This document shows, piece by piece, positions 59,341 to 64,000 of a stretch of DNA of 64,000 nucleotides. The DNA is taken from NCBI RefSeq assembly GCF_006345805.1, contig NC_043004.1, forward strand, positions 50,592,001-50,656,000, in the 5' to 3' direction. Both the position numbers and the translations under genes were made by a program. The notes under the pieces were generated by a model, which saw nothing but the letters and a program-made list of their open reading frames with translations, had not been told where the DNA came from and did not search any database. Position 1 is the stretch's first letter. Each line of letters opens with the position of its first letter. The stretch comes from Octopus sinensis. Its lineage: Eukaryota.

Positions 59341-60116
59341 GTCTTTCTGTCTGTCTGTCTGTCTTTCTGTCTGTCTGTCTGTCTGTCTGCCTGCCTGCCT
59401 GTCTGCCTGTCTGTCTGTCTGTTTATCTATCTATCTATCTATCTGTCTGTCTGTCTGTCTGTTTATCTATGTATCTCTTTCTCCCCCCCCCTCTCTCTCA
59501 TATATATGTATATATATATATATATTGCATTTGTCTCATCGCGTGGCAAGCGCTTTAGGTTTGTTTACGTCCCCGTAACTCAGCTGAACGTGAAATACTG
59601 TTCGATAATTCAATTAACTGACTGAAAACAAGTGTTTCGACTAACCAAATAGTCAGTTGTGTTTTCCAAGGTCATATAGTTGCCATTCGCGGCCTCTTCT
59701 ATGGACACGCTTTCCCAACTCCAGGCTGACTTCAGATCTGTCCGTTTCAAGACAGTAGTTCACATCAAAGATCTTGCAAACCAGATACAAAAACGAAGAA
59801 TGTAACTTGTATTAAGTTACTTTTTTGCTCTTCATGCGATCTTCTCACACGAATAAAATCTTCTTCAGCAGTCAACATAGAGTGAACAGATGGACAGATC
59901 TTCGAAGTCCAATGATACCCTATGTATATATGTATAAATATGTATATGTTTGTGTCTGTGTTTGTCCTCCCACCATCGCTTGACAACCAATGTTGGTGTG
60001 TTTATGTCCCCGTAACTTAGCGGTTCGGCAAAAGAACTAGGTTTAAAAGGAATAAGTCCTGGAGTCGATTTCTTGGTCAAAAGGTGGTGCTGAAACAAGA
60101 AAAAGAATAAAAGAAT

Positions 60117-60147
<31 letters not shown>

Positions 60148-60587
60148 AGTTCTATGTTTGTCTTGTCGTCATTGCTTGACAACCAATGCTGGTGTGTTCA
60201 TGTACCCGTAACTTAGCGGTTCGGCTAAAAAAACCGATAGAATTATTACTAGGCTTACAAAAAATAAGTCCGGGGGGAGTCGATCTATTCGACTAAAACG
60301 CTTTCAAGGCGGTGCACCAGCACGGCCGCAGTCAAATGATTGAGATAAGTAAAACAAAAGAATAAACACACACACACACATATATGTACACATACAGGTT
60401 GGCCCAAATGTAGGTTTATAGTTATCACGTAGGCACTTTAAAATTCTTTTAAAACATTTTATTACATTTAAATTTCTATCTTAGAAACTGAAAAGGGAGC
60501 TTTACAAAATTAACTAAATTAGCATAGAATAATGGTTTCATATTTTTTTTATAATTAAAATATAAACTGTTAATCATGACACCCCGT

Positions 60588-60897
60588 CTGTTCGACGACG
60601 AGGGTCCCAGTTGATCCGATCAACTGAGCAGTCCGCTTGTGAAATTAACGTGCAAGTGGCTGAGCACTCGACAGAAACGTGTACCCTTAACGTAGTTCTT
60701 GGGGAGATTCAGCATGACACAGAGCGTGACAAGGCTGGCCTTTTTTGAAATACACGCACTACTCATTTTTGCCAGCTGAGTGGACTGGAGCAACGTGAAA
60801 TAAAGTGTCTTGCTCAAGGACAGAACACATCGCCGGGAATTGAACTCACGACCATACGATCGTGAGCCGAACGCTCAAACTACTAAGCCACGCGCTT
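60588..60897 (-). mobile_element. Chimeric SINE: family D head with family C tail
   Basis: 60760-60897 is D-like; 60588-60760 matches 3173-3350 and 54826-55010. Confidence 0.75.
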
Positions 60898-60915
60898 TCA
60901 CTAAACTTAATATAT

Positions 60916-61150
60916 ATTTCTTTACTGCCCTCAAGGGGCTAAACATAGAGGGGACAAACAAGGACAGACAAACGGATCAAGTCAATTACATTGGCCCCAG
61001 TGCGTAACTCGTACTTAATTTATCGACCCCGAAAGGATGAAAGGCAAAGTCGACCTCGGCGGAATTTGAACTCAGAACGTAACGGCAGACGAAATACCGC
61101 TCAAGCATTTCGCCCGTCGTGCTAACGTCTCTGCCAGCTCGCCGCCTTAA
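60916..61150 (-). mobile_element. SINE family B, full length
   Basis: Head TTAAGGCGGCGAGCTGGCAG, core and tail. Confidence 0.88.
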
Positions 61151-61379
61151 GAGCCAGTTGAATAACTGTAAACCTACTTTTGGGCCACCTTGTATAATTC
61201 TCTCTCTCTCTTCCTCCCCCTCTCCTACTTCACTCACTTTCAACTCTCGACACTCACCTACCTACTCTCATACTCTTTCCTATCTGTACTAAAACACACT
61301 CAAAAAACAGGTCAGTGGCTTTATTTTCTCTCTCTCTCTTTCTTCTTGTCATTCTTACTACCATTTCCCCTCTCTCTCA

Positions 61380-61427
<48 letters not shown>

Positions 61428-61823
61428 GTTTTTCTTCTTTCAATTCTCTATTTCTATCTATTATTCTTTTTTTCCTTTTCTTGATTTTCTTCCACTTTTC
61501 TTTCTTTCTTTTTTTTTTCATTTACTTATTGATTTCTTCGTTTTCTTTATTTTCCCCTTCGATCTTTCTGTCTGTTTTCCTCTCTTCCGTTCCTGCTATC
61601 ATCCATACAACTAACTGTTCATCCACCCAACTTCGCCGCCATCCCGCCATATATCAACAGGTGTAATTACAGCTGTATCTACCTTTTTTTTTCCATTCTC
61701 TAAACCGGCCTCCACCAAGGTCACCACTTGTATGTATGTATTGTATGTATGTATGTATGTATGTATGTATGTATGTATGTATGTATGTATGTATACATGC
61801 ATGTATGTATGCATTATGTATAT

Positions 61824-61995
61824 AGGCGCAGGAGTGGCTGTGTGGTAAGTAGCTTGTTTACCAACCACATGGTTCCGGGTCCAGTTCCCCTGCGTGGCAC
61901 CTTGGGCAAGTGTCTTCTACTATAGCCTCGGGCCGACCAAAGCCTTGTGAGTGCATTTGGTAGACGGAAACTGAAAGAAGCCCGTCGTATATATG

Positions 61996-62028
<33 letters not shown>

Positions 62029-62232
62029 TTGTCCCCCTAGCATTGGTTGACAACCGATGCCGGTGTGTTTATGTCCCCGTCACTTAGCGGTTCGGCAAAA
62101 GAAACCGATAGAATAAGTACTGGGCTTACAAAGAATAAGTCCCGGGGTCGATTTGCTCGATTAAAGGCGGTGCTCCAGCATGGCCGCAGTCAACTGACTG
62201 AAACAAGTAAGAGAGTAAGAGAGTAAGAGAGA
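61824..62232 (+). mobile_element. SINE family A, full length
   Basis: All modules; tail (AAGAGAGT)n. Confidence 0.9.
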
Positions 62233-62739
62233 ATATGTGCGTATGCATGTATGCATGCATGTATACATTTAAGACTTTAAACTGCATCCGATAGTGCGAC
62301 CCTGGTTCGAGTGTTTCGGGGTTTTTAGCCACTATTTTTCCCAGGTTTACTCTGACCCGGAATAGTGGTACCCATCAGTGTCCCAGCTATGGACTAACTA
62401 GCGTAAATGAAGATTTGAGAATGCAGAAATACCCTTGGTTGGTACCAAAGTGCGCAGAAGAACCACGGGCAATGAGAGAACCCAAGCTGTTGTCACAGCT
62501 TCCATCTAGACAGAAACTAATGTAAAACCAGCGGATTCATGTGATTACAGGTAATTTCGCTTCGGCTTATAACTAGGTACAAATCGTGGAGACTCAAAGA
62601 ATGATACTTATGTTGTACAAGCGTTTAACATGGCGATCCAATGATTTACAGTTATCTATTTGATGGTGACCTCGTTTGTCATTCCATCTAGTGAAAGTCT
62701 TCGGGCGATGCAGGAGTGGCGTTGTATAAAGACCTAACC

Positions 62740-62915
62740 AATTGGAAGAGCACAGCAGGATGCAACTTTCATCTGTCATCTAAGTTTCCAAACATGCAGG
62801 TCTGCAACAGGACTGAAAAGTCATCTGAGAGGTCATGGACAGAATGTCAGAAACTTCATTGACAAAGAGAAAGTACAAGAAGACGGCAATCATCTGTGAA
62901 GATAGAACAATCACC
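62740..62915 (+). mobile_element. Probable RTE-clade LINE extreme 3' end
   Basis: ATFICHLSFQTCRSATGLKSHLRGH resembles the RTE C-terminal C..C.R.C.S..GL.SH.R.H motif; runs into (ATGT)n. Confidence 0.55.
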
Positions 62916-63214
62916 ATGTATGTATGTATGTATGTATGTATGTATGTATGTATGTATGTATGTATGTATGTATGTATGTATGTTTGTATGTATGTATGTA
63001 TGTATGTATGTATGTATGTATGTACGTACGTACGTACGTATGTATGTATGTATGTATGTATGTATATATGTATGTATGTATGCATGCATGTATGCATGTA
63101 TGTATGTACGTATGTATGTACGTATGTATGTATGTATGTATGTATGTATGTATGTATTTATGCATTTATGTATGTACGTATGTACGTATGCATGTACGTA
63201 TGTATGTATGTATG

Positions 63215-63246
<32 letters not shown>

Positions 63247-63495
63247 CATATATGCATGTATGTATGTACGTACATACGTACGTATGTATGTATGTATGTA
63301 TGTATGTATGTATGTATGTATGTATGTATGTATGTATGTATGTACGTACGTACGTACGTATGTATGTATGTATGTATGTATGTATGCATGCATGTATGCA
63401 TGTATGTATGTACGTATGTATGTATGTATGTATGTATGTATGTATGTATGTATGTATGTATGTATGCATGCATATATGCATGTATGTATGTTTGT
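62916..63495. repeat. (TATG)n/(TACG)n microsatellite, about 580 bp
   Basis: Directly visible. Confidence 0.96.
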
Positions 63496-64000
63496 ATTTA
63501 GTTACATTTCAAGCTTTCTTGCGAATATAGAAAAAAATGGCTGATAATTTTGATCTTAAACTCCTTCACTTGGATTTCAACAACATCAATACTGCAATTT
63601 TGCATGTATGCGTGTATATGTCCAGTCTTTGGAGTTAGTGTATGTGCAGATTTGTATGTTTTGTTTTATGCGTGTATTCTCATGCAAATAGTTGCATTCT
63701 CGACGTGCGCATATATATTTAAATGACAAACTTCTGGAAAATTTTACAAATGTTTACAGTTACATTGATAGTCCTTAAATCTATAATCTTCGAATTAGCT
63801 TTCTCTTGTTACATATTCCAATTATCTAATAACTACAGGTATGATCTTGGACTTGTAATCCGAGTAGAATAATAGTAAATTTATCAGTAGTTTAGCGTAG
63901 GGGTTTTCTTTTTCACTGATTTTTAGCTTTATGATGACATCCGCTGAGCAGCTGATATCCACTACTGTACATAGTTTCTATTCTCTGTCCCAAATCACTA
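63496..64000 (-). mobile_element. R4/Dong-type LINE 3' end, older copy
   Basis: Minus strand VIWDRE*KLCTVVDISCSADVIIKLKISEK and the 3' UTR align to 46130-46800. Confidence 0.8.

Larger units (their letters stand above)
60395..61192. mobile_element. Tc1/mariner-type MITE invaded by two SINEs
   Basis: TA-CAGGTTGGCCCAAATGTAGGTTTATAGTTAT and ATAACTGTAAACCTACTTTTGGGCCACCTTG-TA. Confidence 0.72.

Overview
AT-rich, microsatellite-saturated eukaryotic DNA. The repeat families and the TA/CA/TATG/GATA load look like an octopod cephalopod genome; this is an inference from pattern memory, with no database check. I cannot confidently identify any host protein-coding gene. Almost every long ORF in the track is a microsatellite artefact, and the only convincing coding signal is from decayed transposons. 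These are two different Penelope-like elements (one RT plus GIY-YIG, one RT only), a Tx1/L1-clade LINE, two RTE remnants, three R4/Dong-type RLE LINE 3' ends, several Tc1/mariner copies and a hAT C-terminus. Non-autonomous elements include at least four tRNA-derived SINE families (labelled A-D here), several MITEs and three Helitrons. There is one 100-N assembly gap. Three observations stand out. (1) About ten hammerhead-ribozyme folds of several distinct sequence families sit in short Penelope-like terminal remnants that mostly abut (TA)n tracts. Several are arranged as head-to-head hairpins whose axis lies in or beside ribozyme stem I. (2) A 7-unit, 190-bp tandem array of head-truncated SINE B has the same junction as an independent dimer 14 kb away. 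(3) The SINE B 3' tail matches the 3' end of the Tx1 LINE in this window. Short splice-bounded exon candidates on the minus strand are reported at low confidence. All alignments, folds and translations outside the supplied ORF track were done by eye.
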